A DNA stretch of 64,000 nucleotides from an uncultured Candidatus Poseidoniales archaeon (lineage in GTDB: Archaea > Thermoplasmatota > Poseidoniia > Poseidoniales > Poseidoniaceae): positions 5,861 through 69,860 of the forward strand of contig CAXAGT010000001.1 in the NCBI GenBank assembly GCA_963968885.1, read 5' to 3'. Below are positions 63,902 to 64,000 of the stretch, piece after piece; the stretch's first letter is position 1; each line of letters begins with the position of its first letter. The notes beneath the pieces were generated by a model, which saw nothing but the letters and a program-made list of their open reading frames with translations, made no database searches and was not told where the DNA came from. The translations under genes were made by a program, and so were the position numbers.

Positions 63902-64000
63902 TTATTCCTCTATTAGGCCAATTTCAACCAATCTTTGGTGCAAGAATTCACCCGCAGTGATTCCCTCATACTCTGCAACTCCAGAGGTTGCCTGTATGAA
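63902..64000 (-). CDS. 3' end of an unidentified CDS running off the window
   Basis: Open frame FIQATSGVAEYEGITAGEFLHQRLVEIGLIEE* ending 2 nt before the pdp ATG. Confidence 0.55.
   Translation of the reverse strand, partial: FIQATSGVAEYEGITAGEFLHQRLVEIGLIEE

Noticed and set aside
1..64000. CRISPR arrays, IS elements, proviral genes, rRNA
   Set aside because: No regularly spaced repeats, transposase/integrase/capsid motifs or long non-coding tracts were seen. Intergenic gaps are all short.

Overview
A gene-dense archaeal chromosomal segment with no transposase, integrase, CRISPR array or rRNA visible. TBP, an archaellum operon, archaeosine TGT, ThiR, split GMP synthase, GAGGTG(A) Shine-Dalgarno motifs, many bacterial-type metabolic genes and a GLPDGWTMEQWxHYG tail motif point to Thermoplasmatota, most likely Marine Group II (Ca. 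Poseidoniales); this placement is inferred. In order, the window holds: an archaellum operon (two unknown genes, arlB-arlB-arlD/E-like-arlF-arlG-arlH-arlI-arlJ) with no chemotaxis genes; nth and polX; mevalonate kinase, TBP, a large PKD/CARDB surface protein and a SepF-like gene; Maf, a KaiC-like ATPase, an M23 peptidase and a GT-C-like/GT2 pair; an RNA-metabolism cluster (METTL5-like, Csl4 fused to two RRMs, radical SAM-HhH, tgtA); nifU-like and sufCBDSE-sufT; a DRG GTPase, grpE, nadM, an aminotransferase, pdxT, a radical SAM and a Trx-CcdA fusion; a PAP2/SPFH/helical-partner module; a thiamine ABC transporter with thiR; a CSAD-type decarboxylase and gcvT/PA/PB; purE, guaAB, tRNA-Asn(GTT) and a pyrimidine-nucleoside phosphorylase. 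The most unusual observations are: an exosome cap subunit carrying two RRM domains; a remodelled archaellum (sequon-free two-Cys archaellins, ArlF with a phage-structural-like insert, degenerate ArlD/E, unknown upstream genes); a SepF-like gene apparently started by CTG and coupled to the surface protein; a W-x19-S-x-Y CSAD-type decarboxylase; a PolX with a D-to-Q active-site change; and an ArcTGT lacking its zinc ligands. All family calls come from motif recognition by eye; no searches were run.
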